Positions 12,750-25,900 of a stretch of DNA of 64,000 nucleotides are shown here, piece after piece. The DNA is taken from contig MNCI01003331.1 of assembly GCA_015680685.1 (NCBI GenBank), positions 123,604-187,603 of the forward strand. The letters are read 5' to 3'. The translations under genes were made by a program, and so were the position numbers. The notes below the pieces were generated by a model. It was not told the origin of the DNA. It searched no databases and saw only the letters and a list, made by a program, of their open reading frames with translations. How positions within the stretch are numbered: position 1 is the stretch's first letter; each line of letters opens with the position of its first letter. Source of the stretch: Gnetum montanum. Lineage: Eukaryota; Plantae; Gnetophyta.

Positions 12750-13890
12750 GTCATAGCATAGAAAAGACAAGAAACATACACAACTCGTCCTTAAAGGCTT
12801 CTAACACGTAATCTACATGTGCACTCTTCTTATGGGAGTTGAATCCATTTTCTACTTTCAATTCTAAGATGATGCAAGCTTAAGCAAGAAGCTTAATACT
12901 TGATTGGAATAGCACCTAAGTGATAGTAACCTTATGCATCTGATTTATTAGATCTAATATGATGTAAATAAAATTATATCATCTTCTAAATTATACCACA
13001 ATTGTAATAAAACCTTTAGATTGACTAACTTGTGAATATACTTAGGATTTTGCTACACTTTACCCTAAGAAATATTCCATTTTCTCAACCATTATATCCC
13101 TTGAAAATACCAACCGTAGTCGAGTCTTGTGAATCCTCATGAAAAAATTAATCAATCTCATGAATCTTTAAGAATTGCTTTAAAGAATTTGTCTTGCCTT
13201 GAGAAGTATAAGCTATGAGTATATACAATGAACTACCACAAGGCTTTTACTCTCTAAGGGTAATAAATCACATTCATATAATACTAGTGAGCAATGTATT
13301 TATATCTTCACCTTTAATTCATTGAGAAAAAAATGCTTTTTGCACCTTTTCAATATCTTTTCAAAGTTTCGCATTAAGTCTAGGTCCCTAAATATATTTA
13401 TACAATACAATAGGATAGATGATAGTTTTAAAAATTTGTTTTCTAACCTTCCAAGCTCAAAGTCCTAAATCTTTGCACTTGCTTTGAAAGTATACAAAAC
13501 CTTAAAACCTCATGCTATTCTTTCTTTAATTGTTCATATAAATGAGACCCAAATATTTAAAAGAATTTGCTATTTGCATTTTGGTATCTCCAACAAAGTT
13601 ATGCTATGTATTTTTTGTACCCCACATCATCAATTAAAAATTAGGTTTTACTCAACTGATTTTAATATGAGATTCTTAAAAGTTTAATTTTAGCATAACT
13701 CAAGCATACGATGTCCATTTTCAACATATGAATAGTCAGTTCTAACATTTTTCACCCTTCTAAACTCAATAGTGAGGTTGGATTTATCATTTGGGTATCC
13801 TATAATTCACTAATATTAGAAATTCAACATTTTAAGCTTTAAGATTTAATGCATAACCCTTGCAGATAGTCTTAAGATCACTATGGCATG
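12750..13890 (-). pseudogene. Decayed ORF of unknown function
   Basis: Manual translation gives long protein-like runs broken by stops compatible with C>T change and by a few frameshifts (GYPNDKSNLTIEFRRVKNVRTDY..., DFELGRLENKFLKLSSILLY..., ELKVENGFNSHKKSAHVDYVLEAFKDEL). Confidence 0.4.
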
Positions 13891-13944
13891 TCATTAGTTA
13901 CATTGCGAGAGTCACTATTCTCAAGAGGGTAGATAGGTCATCAA

Positions 13945-14140
13945 AAATAATATAGTTAATATTACCAAAAATCAGGTAATGTAATTATATATTACTAAAA
14001 TTAGATAATATTATTTCATATTACTAAAATTATATGATGTCGTTAACTATTACTAAAATTAGATAATATAGTTATTCAATTGATGTAGTTGATTATTAGT
14101 TGATGTATTAGTTAATGATCAGTTGATGTATTAGTTGGAG
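13945..14140. repeat. Two adjacent minisatellites (~29-30 bp x4; TAGTTGATGTAT-like x~5)
   Basis: TATTAC(C/T)AAAA at about 13960, 13990, 14019 and 14048, followed by TAGTTGATG repeats. Confidence 0.8.
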
Positions 14141-14227
14141 AATTAGTTTAAAAAATAGAATAATCTTCAACCGTCAAGAGAAAGGTATATTAATCCACCC
14201 TGCAATCAAAACATAGGGCAAAATAAC

Positions 14228-15389
14228 ATGGAGACTCAAAATCTTGTTTCAACAAGGAGTATGATACTCATGAAGAGAAATGATCTAGAAAAGAATCCAA
14301 GAATAGGAATGAAAGTTGCAACATACAACGTGCTTGTAAGATTCTTAGTGAGTGAGAAACAATATCTGCTATGTCCATCATGGGCCTTGGATTGGCATGA
14401 ATATTGATACCTACATATCGTAGCAAAATTAAAAGATTTGGATGTTGATGTCTTATGTTTACAAGAAGTCTTACCATGGAAATTTTTATATCAATTTCAA
14501 CAAGATTTGGAAAATATGGGATACAAAGGTATTTATAAGCAAAAAGGTTCTTGTGGAAGTTCTTATTTTGAGTTGTACGGATTAGCATATTTTAGAAATT
14601 ACAACATGGATGGTTGTGCAATCTTTTATAAAGAAGCCAAGTTTGAATTGGTACAAAGATTTGAATGGATTTTAGAAAATATGATTTTTGAAATTCTAGA
14701 ACTTCAAAAGATGGGAAAGAAAGAACAATAAAGATTTCAAAAAAATCACATAGCCCTAGAAGTGATTCTAAAAGTTCATCTATTAAGAAGATGTGTATGT
14801 GTGGTTAACACACATTTAATTGCCAAATCAAGATGTTCAGATGTTAGACTTTGTCAAGGAGCATACTTGACTAAGCAAATTGAAGAAAGTTTGAAGAAGA
14901 AGTTATTCCTAAGTTGTACCGATCCAGTTCCATTTATTCTTTGTGGAGACTTCAATGCCAAAGTTGGATGTAGTGTTTATCAATTTCTAAAATATGGATT
15001 TATAAAGGAATCTTTGGAAGATGAACCTAATTTGAAAACAATGTTTCCATTAATTCAGCATGCAACTCCATTAGCTAGTATATATTCTACTTACTTTGAA
15101 TCCTTAGTAGATAAATCAGATTCTAGAATTCAAGAACAGATGATGTTGCTGGATAACACTCATCAAGAATCATAGTTTACAAATTATTCTACAATGATTA
15201 ATGAAGATGGGTCAACAACATTTTTCATTGAGACTTTGGATTATATTTGGTATGATAACCAATTCTTTCAAGTTACCAAGTTAATAGAGTTGATTTTTAA
15301 AAAAATAAGTTGAGAATAATGAAGACCAAGCCTTGCCATCATGAACAAGACCATTTGATTACATACCACTTATGGTAGAATTACAGTAA
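14228..15389 (+). pseudogene. Intronless CCR4/nocturnin-family (EEP) deadenylase catalytic domain
   Basis: Colinear motifs TYNVL, CPSWALDW, DVLCLQEV, DGCAIFY, NTHL, ILCGDFN, FTNY, TLDYIWY and ALPS..PFDYIPL (for SDHI). In-frame stops near 14405, 14729, 15173 and 15340, plus one frameshift near 15300. Confidence 0.9.
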
Positions 15390-15824
15390 CTCCCATCAAT
15401 TCATAAGATTGATCAAGAGCAAGAAGTATCTCACTCTTACTTTTATTTGATGATCTTATTATTTTATTCATTGTTTATTTTATATTTCAATTAGATTAAT
15501 AAAATATCTAAGGAAATGCAAGTTGGGAATAAAAAATTTGTCCTCCCTTCACTTGGATAACTAGATACGATTTGCACATTATGTGACCCTAGTTAGAACT
15601 AATGATTGGTAGTTGGTAGATCTTTAATTCACTTCTTATCATTATCTTGAAAAATGAAGTAAGTATCAAGAAGGTAGTATTAAATTTTCCATATAATCCT
15701 TCTCACATATATCTTATTTGCAGAATAAACAAGAAAACTTCAAGATCAAAGAAGGAATCAAATTATTGGAGCACGAGATCATGAAAGAAAGCATTAGAGC
15801 TAGAAGAAGATAGAGAACATGGAC

Positions 15825-15867
15825 TCATTCGAGGACGAATGAAACCTATGGAGGGTAGATTGTTACA
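15825..15867 (+). promoter_or_regulatory. Gypsy-type 3' terminal hairpin, PPT and LTR start
   Basis: TCATTCG-AGGA-CGAATGA hairpin, then GGAGGGTAGAT, then TGTTACA at 15861. The same arrangement is at the Tekay end at 61423-61460. Confidence 0.6.
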
Positions 15868-18199
15868 TTCCCATGTCCAAATGATGTTGTTAATTACTAA
15901 CGATGGTGTCTCTTCATAACAAGTGTTATTGTCATCTTAACAAGACCCAAAAGGGTAGTTGTGATTAAGACCCGAAAGGGCATGTTATAATAATAGATGT
16001 GTCTCTTGAGGTAATGTTTGGGGGTTTGACCTAAGGCATTTATACCTGGGATTAGAGGTTGTGTCAACATGGAGTTGTGAAGCCTGGAGAGGTGAGTAAT
16101 GGGAGCCAGGTGAAGCGGAATAGGAAGTGGACTGGCCATCCCTTCTAGCCAGATTATAGGCCTAACCATAGTGGCAGTGCTAGATTGCCTTTAAGGGATA
16201 GATGCCAAAGGAAGAAAATGCCAAAGAACACTCTTAGAGCACGATCCAAATACATTTTTCCATATTAATAAAGCATTTTTTTCTTTATTTTTTGGTATTT
16301 TTCCTGTTATTTCCTTTATACATAATGCTAAATATCACTTATATTTTGCATTGGTATATTTTCTTTATATTGTCTAATATATTGTATATTTGAAATTTTC
16401 CATGACATCTCAAGACGAGATGTCATAAGTTTATTCTTAGTTTTATTAAAAAATGAATATCATTATGGCCATGGTAAGAACCTCTTATTATTGAAATAAA
16501 TGGATGGATGTTGTGATCTCACTGTATAAATAATCAGTCCCTTATGACTTGATAACATAGAAAAATCTTCACTTTATTGGACTACATCTTGACTTATTCT
16601 TGGTGTATTTTATTAACAATTAACAAAAAGATGTACATGTAAAAGAAAAACAAAGTATGAAAAATTGTAAAAGATATTAAGAATGAAAAAGATGAAAAGA
16701 ATGAAGAATGTGAAAAGAATGAAAAATTATCAAAGAATTGGAAAAAAAAGTTAAACAATTAAGAAATTTATCAAGAAATTGAAAAGTATAAAAAATAGAA
16801 AAAAAGTATCAAGAAAGTAGAAAAGTAAAAATAAAATGAAAATTCAACAAAGTACCTACATGTCCAGATGGACACCCCCATGACTATTATTAGCATCGGT
16901 CAATCGAAAAAGAAAGAAAGTTGAGGATGTTTGGATAGATTGGGTGGACTCCTAGAAAACATTGGGATGTTTGTGATATGGTTTGACCTATTGGTAATAA
17001 TTTTAAAGCTTAATCTCACTTTTAAAGACCTATTTTATAATTTATCCTAAGAAAAAAAATTTCTGAGATGCACTAACTTATATTTTATTTGAGACCTAGT
17101 TTGAAGAACATTTAGGGCTAATTGTGTACTCTGAAGGCAAATAGGTTTTATTGTAAACATTGATGACATTGATAACAAATTTCATCATAAAGCATAGAGA
17201 GAACTAGGTTTTATTGCAAGGTGAAAATTTCTCTTCTTTTATATCAAGTCTACCTATAATGAAAAGCTTGTTTTTTCCTATAATTTGACAAGAACCATGT
17301 TTTAAAATGCTTACTAGAAAAATGAATGGTTCCAATAATGGACTAGTACTTTGTCTCATTACCTAGTTAAGTTGGACATGAGAAACATAACTTCTTTGGT
17401 TCATTGGTACTTGAAATTTCTTTAACAACCTTGTTGTTACATTTAGATAAGCAGTGTGGGACATCGTATGGTAACTCAAAAGTGCATGAAAAATATGCAT
17501 GTTGTATGTGCATACTATGTGATTAAAATGAATTAGATATGGTTCAATACTGAGACCTGTGATTGATTAGGAGATACATAGTTTGCATGATTATAGGATG
17601 TGGTTTGTAGTATACAAGGTTGAGAAATTTTAGAAAATCCATAATTAAACATTTTTTAGGGATTTAAAGGAATTTTAATTGACTTATGATTTTGGATTTG
17701 CATGCTAAGGCTTTTACTAGTATTCTAATACTTTGCTATTTATAAGATGATGATATTTGTTTGCAAGTGTAATTTTAGTGTATTATATTGAAATATGAAA
17801 TTAAATAGTAGATTTTATAATTGTAGAAACATTATATTTATTTCATGGAAAATAAATATCCTTATTGAAAATCACAAGGAAAAACTAAAGAAGTTTTGGA
17901 ATAATTTTGCTCAAAATTATCCTTTTTAAGTGATTAGACTAGGTATTACAATATTCCATCAATGCAAAGGCTTATATAGCTTTTCTGTCCCTCCAGAACA
18001 TCATCATTCATATCCATCATGCTAGAGTGTACCATCATATGGCATCATTAATTTGAAAGATAAAAAAAGAAAAAAAATATCCATTGCAACACAACCCCAG
18101 TGAAGACCACCATTCCAGAAACATTTGACAGCAACCACCATTCCAAAGGTTATGAGTTACAAGGAGTTGAGATGTAAGTAGTTGGCTGAGAACTGAATA

Positions 18200-19240
18200 T
18201 GAAAAATTGAAAAAATTTAAAATAAATGTAAATATTCCAAAATCCTTTGTTAATTACAACAAAAAACTATCAATGCCAATTCTATGCAAGCTTTTGTAAA
18301 TGCATTCAAATGATCTAAGAGAAAAATGGTACCAGATTCAAAATGGATAAAAGTGAGTTTACATAAATAGTCATGGTGTCATAATATATATTTATAAATA
18401 TACATACATTGGAGCATAAATAATACAATAGGTTGTAATTCTTTTTAAGCATATTTACTCAGCTTCTCTTTCTCGAGGCCCATCAATAGGTTATATTTTT
18501 GAAGGCATCTCTCACAAATGTACAATCCTTTAGATTTATTAGAAATGAAGCATATTTATACAAGCCCTAGCTAATCTCAACTGTCAAAGTAAGTTCAGTG
18601 TATATTTTAGGAGTCACTCTTCCACTTGTGATACAATTAACAAGAGATGAAACAAAGCATGTGTAGTTCTTCCACACTTGAGGAAACCAATTGGTAAGAT
18701 CTTTGGAATCTATATAGATTAGACCAGCTATTTAAAAATCATACACAAGCAAAAATTTCATTAACTTGAGGAGCATCTTCAAGGCTAACTTCTCCACTAG
18801 TATAGTTTTGGTCTTCCAACTAAGATGTATAAGGATTACAAAGAAGAGGCATTACTGGTCTTGCTTGATTATAACTAATTATGCTACACTCTAGCTAGTT
18901 AGTGTTGAAAATTGAGCTTACTACAAGGTTTATTACATCCACTACTTTGTTGGTCACTCGTTTGCTTTGGATTAAAGATTGCTTGGCAGTATCAACATCT
19001 TCGTAGGACAAAATTTCATGACGGGAAGTATCTACATAAGGATGTGTAACCCATTATTCCATAGAAACATAGGTATCCACAACAACATTGGTTCATTCAT
19101 AGGCAAGCCAATTTAAAATAAGTTGCTAATAATCTATTCTTGATAGAAGACATTTTAGATTCAATGAGTCAAATAGTGGTTTTAAAGATTTTGTTATCAC
19201 ACCAAAAGTTAACAGACACCAAATGGCACATACATAAAAA
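18200..19240 (-). pseudogene. Decayed coding fragment, possibly Ulp1/C48-like protease of a DNA transposon
   Basis: Long semi-open frame ending CIIYAPMY, then after a possible intron NWH**FFVVINK (HW-hydrophobic motif). The catalytic DCG motif was not found. Confidence 0.3.
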
Positions 19241-19354
19241 TTAAAATGCAAACAATGTTATCTTCAACATTTTCAAAATATATGGCTATACTTCCTACAA
19301 GGAATGCTACTAGAATATCAATTTTTTACTATAAAATGATTCCACAAAGACCTT

Positions 19355-21790
19355 TGACATTAGGTGTGAGAGAGGTAGTAGGGTTGGTGGTGGCCTGCTA
19401 CCTACCCCACTATTCGAGGGCCATGGGGATGCAAGGGTTGTGTCTTTTGAACCATACTAGCATGGTAGTCTCATGCATTAGTAAGAGGAGGCTATGATCT
19501 ACCTCATTATACCACTTGGTAGGACTTTGCCTGGGAGGGTTGCATAGTTCAACTCTACATTGGGGTGTTTAATTGGGTGTGTCATGGGATGTGCTATAGG
19601 ACGGTGCATGCACTCTTTAAAGCATAACACCAACTACCAGCATGTGGTGATGAATATGGAGGGTTCAACTTCTAGTCCCCATAGTGTCCACGTGAGTGGG
19701 GAAAGGGAGTGCTATCAAGCTTGTTTGGATAATGTGCACATTTGATTTGAAACATTGCTCAAGATGCATGCTAATACTAACACATTTTTTTTTGGCATGT
19801 GTTTCAGGATTTTTAATGGTTGAGGCGTATTTCGCTTGAGTTTCATCTCGATTTAGAATCTACTTGGGAAACTCCTAGGGTGCTGAACAATGTTCTAAAG
19901 GACAACATTATTACAGATGGTATTAGAGCCTCACACTTTAGTTTGCTAGTAAGACTTTCTCAATAAAGACTTAAGAGGGTTTGTGGTTTGTGAGGTTACC
20001 ATTTTTAACTTTTTCTAGCCACTATTCCTTTGGGGGTAGCCTTGTGCTAAAATTCTCTCTTTGGAAACATGGAGCCTAATGGACCTAGTGATATGATAGA
20101 AGATTAAGCAAACCCAGAGATTGAGGTTGAGATAGAACTTGGTCAAGACGAGACTAAGTTTTAAACTTTATGGGACCATGTTAAAGCAATTGATGAGGAC
20201 TTAGCCTACCCTGGACTAGAAAATGCAAATGCGATTAATCACATTCTTAAAGATATTGATTTACCACAAGACAAGATGGATCTTCACTCCAAGGACTAGG
20301 TGAAAAAGGTTAAGGTTTTGATCCTAAAAGGTTATCTGGATTGCATGCTTAACCTCTATAAGGATCTATTTGGATCCTTGGAGGAGGCACAAATGAAAGA
20401 ATTTCTAGTTGAGCACCTAATTGGATGAGTGAAATTTTTGGAGGATGTCCTACTGGGGGTAAATTAGGAGCTATCTAACTTGAAAATTGAAAATGCCATC
20501 CTAAAATCCTCCTTGGCAGGACACTTTGCAGAAGAGCCAGTAGCGATGGCTCATATTAAAGCTAGAGAACCAAGTCTTATGATGGTGAGAGGAGTGATGC
20601 TAAAATTAATTCCTTCCTCCATGATGTGGAGCTGTACATGAATACTGGGGGTGTTCCTACAGCCAAAAAGATCTTCACAACATCTCAATATCTCATAGGA
20701 AGTGCTAAGCTATGATGGCTTAGCCTCCTTTATTCTCAAGAAAAGGGTATTGATATAGAAAAGGTAGAGATGCGGGATAGATTTAAGGTAGCATTGATTA
20801 AATAGTTCCACCCAGGGAACTTCAAGTGGGTAGCTAGAACTAAGGTGGAGTCCCTAAAACATTCAAGGAAGTTTGAATATTATATCAATAGCTTCCAAGA
20901 GCTTATGTTGTTGATTCCTAATATGGGAGATCGAGATCACTTCTTCAAGTTTGTAAATGGGTTGTAGCCATGGGTGCAGATGGAATTGTGTTGAAGAGGC
21001 ATTGACACACTCATGGAGGCTATTGCTACTATTGGCACTTTTCCAGACTTTAAGAAAACAAAGCTAGACAAGGGTAAGCCTGGGAAGGGAAAGCATGTCA
21101 CACCCTCCCACTCTCAAAAAATAGATACAAGTTCCATCAAAGGTGAAAACACATTCAAATTAGTTCAGCAAGGTAGTCACTCGATGGGTGGTCCTCCAAG
21201 AAACCATGGCACCTAACAAAAATGTAAAGATATAGAGAGCAAGTGGCAACCTGGGGCCAAGAAGAAACAATTTTGAGAAGGTCCCTTTAAAGGTCTTATT
21301 TAATGCTTCTTGTGTCAAGGAAACCATCTAGCAAGAAATTTCCCCTTGAGCTTAGGAAGGACAAAAAATAGGCAAGGGTAGGCTCTAGGGAGGCAACTGA
21401 TGACTCTTGACTATTGCCCTAACCCATGCCTTCAAATTATAGATGAAAGAACTTATGGGAAATAGTGAAGACTAGCTATTATGATGGAGTTTTCTAATAT
21501 GGTTATGCATAGGTTAGGATCTAGAAGCCCCCAAAATACTAATCTTGATAATTTACATTAAGTTTAATTGGCCCCAATCATTGTGAGCTCAAGTTAGATA
21601 AGTGGTCTCATTGATAATGGAGCCAGCCACAATTACATAGTTCCAACCTTGGTAAGAGACTTGCGACTAAAAATGGAACTAGTCGAAGCCTCTTGCAAAC
21701 TTGATAAGTTCAGACCTCTTAGATGCATCGGGGTGTGTAGCAGTATCCTAGTTCAAGTGGGCTCATGGCAAGGAGTTCTGATTTCTCAAT
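19355..21790 (+). mobile_element. Truncated Ty3/gypsy chromovirus (Galadriel-like): 5' LTR, PBS, gag, protease
   Basis: LTR end TTACA at 19915. PBS TGGTATTAGAGCC at 19918-19930. Gag YDGERSDAKINSFLHDVELY, knuckle CFLCQGNHLARN, protease LIDNGASHNYI (~21610). Confidence 0.85.
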
Positions 21791-21794
21791 CCTA

Positions 21795-22856
21795 GGTATT
21801 CAAATGAATATCCAAAGAATATGGATAAGAACCTAATATTGTACAAGAAAAGTGGACATCATTAAAGCACATGGAAGATCAAGGTTGTAGACAAGGAATA
21901 ATGCATTCATCATGCAAGAGAAAGCAAAGAAATGTCTTTGGGAAGCTATAGATGCCTTGGTAGATTTAGGATGAACTCAAAGAAAATTTAGAAAGAACTC
22001 TTCAAAAACAACATGATGTCTTTCTCTAGCCAAAGACATCTTTCATGAGGTAAATATGTCTTTACAGAATACAAACCGAATGCAAAAAGACATCTTCCAT
22101 TGAGCAAAGGCTCTTCTATCATGGAGACTTCAGAAAGACATCTTTTAGGAAACACATATGTCTTCCTAGATTTAAAGCTAAATTCAGAGAGACATTCCAA
22201 GCATGAGAAAGACATCTCCTAAGATAGTTAGTAACCATTGGCTAGCCATTGCACAAGTTTTGAGAATGATTTAGCAACACAGCAACTATAAGAAGACTTT
22301 ATGTGCATTGGGGAAAGTGCCAGCATTATTGTATTCATTGTATAGCCATTTATAATCATTGAATTCTCTATTGCTCCTCATTGTCTAATCATTTTAGCTT
22401 TGTAAAATGTGTTGCAATTAATTGTGCAAGGATTATCGAATTAAGTTGCAATCATTCCTTGTATTTCTTGTTCTTATGCCTTGTGTGGTTGAGATCCTTG
22501 AGCCTATCAAGATCCCATAGGATTGAGTTGTTGGTGTTGTGGTACAACACTTGGGTGTGGAGCTCAAGATTATAAAGGTTGTGGAAGCCTTGAAACCACA
22601 TTTCCAAGCATGATGGGAGCTTGCAAGGTTGAGTGATTAGTGCTGCAGTACAACACTTTGAAGTGGGGCTTGAAGACTATACAAGGTGTGGACACTGAAA
22701 CCACATTTTCAGAGCAACAAAGTCTAGAGGTTTGCTTATGATCTACCCTCCAAGTGTGGATTACCCAATTTGGGAGACCATGTAAATTTGTGTGTGTGCT
22801 TTGTTTGTTTAAGTTTTGATTTGGAAAACTTATTCATCCCCCCCTTTCTAAGTTCA
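21795..22856 (+). mobile_element. SIRE-like copia LTR (solo or 5'-truncated)
   Basis: Ends ATTCATCCCCCCCT...TTCA (SIRE-type U5 signature). Carries an AGACATCT/AGATGTCT motif array and is similar to the LTR at 43727-44810. Confidence 0.7.
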
Positions 22857-22999
22857 ATGATTCATAAATAAACTTCATAAAAATAAAATTACTATTTAAG
22901 ATTACAATTATATTCACAATACTATTTAGTACAAGGCCACAAAGAAATAATAATTATCACTTTTACTATGGATCAGGTGATATAGACTTGTTGATGCTG

Positions 23000-25900
23000 A
23001 TAAGTTTTTACCTTCAATAGAAATATTTTATGATAGCTTACAAATGCATGCATATTTGACATGTGACACTTAAGATATGCCCATGTAAAGTTGAAAATGA
23101 CTAGATTTTTAGATATTCAAGTTAGCAAGTTGCATCATGGCCTCTACAATCTTGTATTTTTTCACATTCTATATAGTATTTTTTATCAACAATAGAGTTC
23201 ATGTAGCCATTTATTCTTTACTTAAATAATGTCTATTAGTTTCCATTGATGTAGTTACCTTAGCATAACTAATTTGCAGCATGTGATGAGGGGAAGCATT
23301 ATTAATAAAAGTAGAGATTAACATACCATTTTTTTAAAATTAATGAATTATTTCTATATGTACCTACTCACTATTGAGTAAAGAAATGCTATAGCCATCT
23401 GGTGAGGTATGTGAGTGTAATGTGTTAATACATGTGTATAATATTTTCTGAGGTTGTGCATGCCTTGATAGTTGCTAAACATGGTGACTTATTGGATGCT
23501 ACAAGGTGCAACATGTGTGGTACATATATATTGATCGTTTGGACAAGTGGCAAAGTCTAATAGATGTTATATTGAGGATGAAATGTCTATATCAGCTCAT
23601 AATAAGTATTAACATTATTAATGTTAGGTTATAATTTATAATAATATCAATGATGTAAGATGCATGAAATGTTAAGTATGTTAACATTGAGGGTAATACT
23701 TGGTGTTTGAAGTAATCAATTCATGATGGTGTAGAATTAACATCAATTTAAAAAAATATTAACAATGATATTGTAAGCTATGTTTTGAAAATGAAGAAAT
23801 GTTTAAGAAGCATCATCTTAATATCTATTTAGAGAACATATACAAGAATATACATAATGATTTAATAGTTTTTATTTACAACATGTACATGGAGCTAGTG
23901 ATCTTCTAAAAAATTTACATGTGGGCATCTACTTAACATCATAAAAAAGGAGATTTAATCAATGAACAAATCCTCAACAATTGCAAAATTTACTCATAAG
24001 AGGTTCATGATGTCTTTAGAAATATCTACTATATTGGTCTCTATAGGTATATGTGTTAATGAAGATAGGTTCAAAAAGTCTGGATGTATTGAAGGTGCTA
24101 CTTACATTGAAAGCTCATTGATAATTGTGGAATTTGGTGGTAAGAAATTTATGATGTTTTCAATGCAATTTGGTGCACTATTTTTAGTGATTGCATATGT
24201 TGCTAGAATTAGGTTTAGTAATGTTAGCTATGTTAAACTTGCTTCTTACATTGATAGTCCTACTGATTCATGGTTGGTACTAACTTTAATGTTGTCACCT
24301 TTAGTTACTAGATTTAATGAGGTGGATTCCATTGGTACTTGAACCTACTCTTCATTATCTTGATTTTCATGTTAGCTTCCTTTCCTATATTTTGCATCTC
24401 TTTTAATCAAAGGTCAAGAAAATATTTACATGTCATAAGTACCTAAGTTAAGATAGAGCCATGAATATAAGACACATACTCTCTATCATTCTTATGTTTA
24501 CAATGACTTCGGAAAGTTTTAGATCTTGTAATATATAGATTGTTAATGACCATGTAGGTCACAGGGGTAACTACCTCTTCATATCATTGGTAATGAGAAT
24601 TATGGATATCTATTAGAGATCAAGCTACTTGAATGAAAAATCTTAGCATCCTAGAAAGTTGACAACCACGTACTATGGGAGTTAAGGTGGTGCTCTATTT
24701 CTAGCATAGACGATTCTTGTGATTATTCCTATGGTAATATTAACTAGTTCTTTTTTATCCATATGTTTCATTTTAACATAACCTTCATGGTTTTTGTTAT
24801 CATTAAGTGTAGAGTTATCAATGATCTAGCTTTGATGATGCATTTGATAATTAGTTCTTCAAGGCTCTATAGCTTGACCTAGTCATGCACTTATTTTTCA
24901 TTAGTTAGGTAGAGATGTAGCACATCTTTAAAATATTTCCATCCACTTGACATGATAGAAAGATTAGTTTTCATCATCAAAATCTCATAGTCATCATTTT
25001 TTATAATGATAATTTAGATTTTTTTAAGTAGATATGTGAATAAGTGTTGAATTGGAATACTTGTACATGTCATGTACACTATGTCAATCATGATGTTGGC
25101 TTGGGAGCTCTTTCAAAACTAGGCTAGAAGTCCACTATCTCTATATGATGGTTATTACTTAACTAGAGGGAGCTAGATGAGATTTTCTACTCGTATAACT
25201 AAGTAACCTCTAAAAGGTTTATCTCTTAATTTTGAGAAGATCTCTATAAGCTTGTGGTAAATGCCCTAAAATAGCTAGGTTTCTATGAAGCTCATTTTTC
25301 TATTAATATGTACTTATGTACTATAGGTATTTTTATAAACTTATATTTATATTGGATGGTTGCTTGAATTAACCTACTAAGATTTTTAGCTTTGAATGGA
25401 TTTTCACACCTACTATCTTAAATGTTATTAGATATATAGGTACCATAAGTAGTAAAGAATTCTTATAATTTATTCTTTAGAATTATAAGTCTTTCTTAAC
25501 TCTTTTTATCAACTAGGAATTTTGTATTCTTGTGGTTTCTTGTATGATAAGCTCCAACATGTGCTACTCTCAATGATAGTAACCAAATATTGAGTAAATG
25601 ATTGTCTTTATTTCTATCTAAGTATTGTCAACTTGATAATGGGTAAGAATTAGAATAGGAGTTATGGATGTTGTTGCTTGTAAATGAAAGGAATTATGCT
25701 ATGCACTTTACACTATTATGATCCAAATACATTTTTGACTACTAGTGCAAATGATCAGTGTCTTGCATGTTCATTATCATGTATTGATTGATTCATAGAG
25801 CTAATCTTATAGATATCATGCTACATAATGGCACTTTAAAGCTATGTTCCACCCTATCTTATTTTGAAGTAGGCTTTGGTTTCTCAATTATAGCCTCTTC

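Noticed and set aside
14228-15389. EEP domain as a LINE APE endonuclease
   Set aside because: CPSWAL.W, DGCAIFY, FTNY and TLDYIWY are CCR4-family features, and no RT follows the stop codon.
15880-16000. Hammerhead ribozyme (retrozyme)
   Set aside because: No CTGANGA core is paired with the GAAA motif.
23962-24342. 126-aa hydrophobic plus-strand ORF
   Set aside because: It is the antisense shadow of a decayed minus-strand TE frame.
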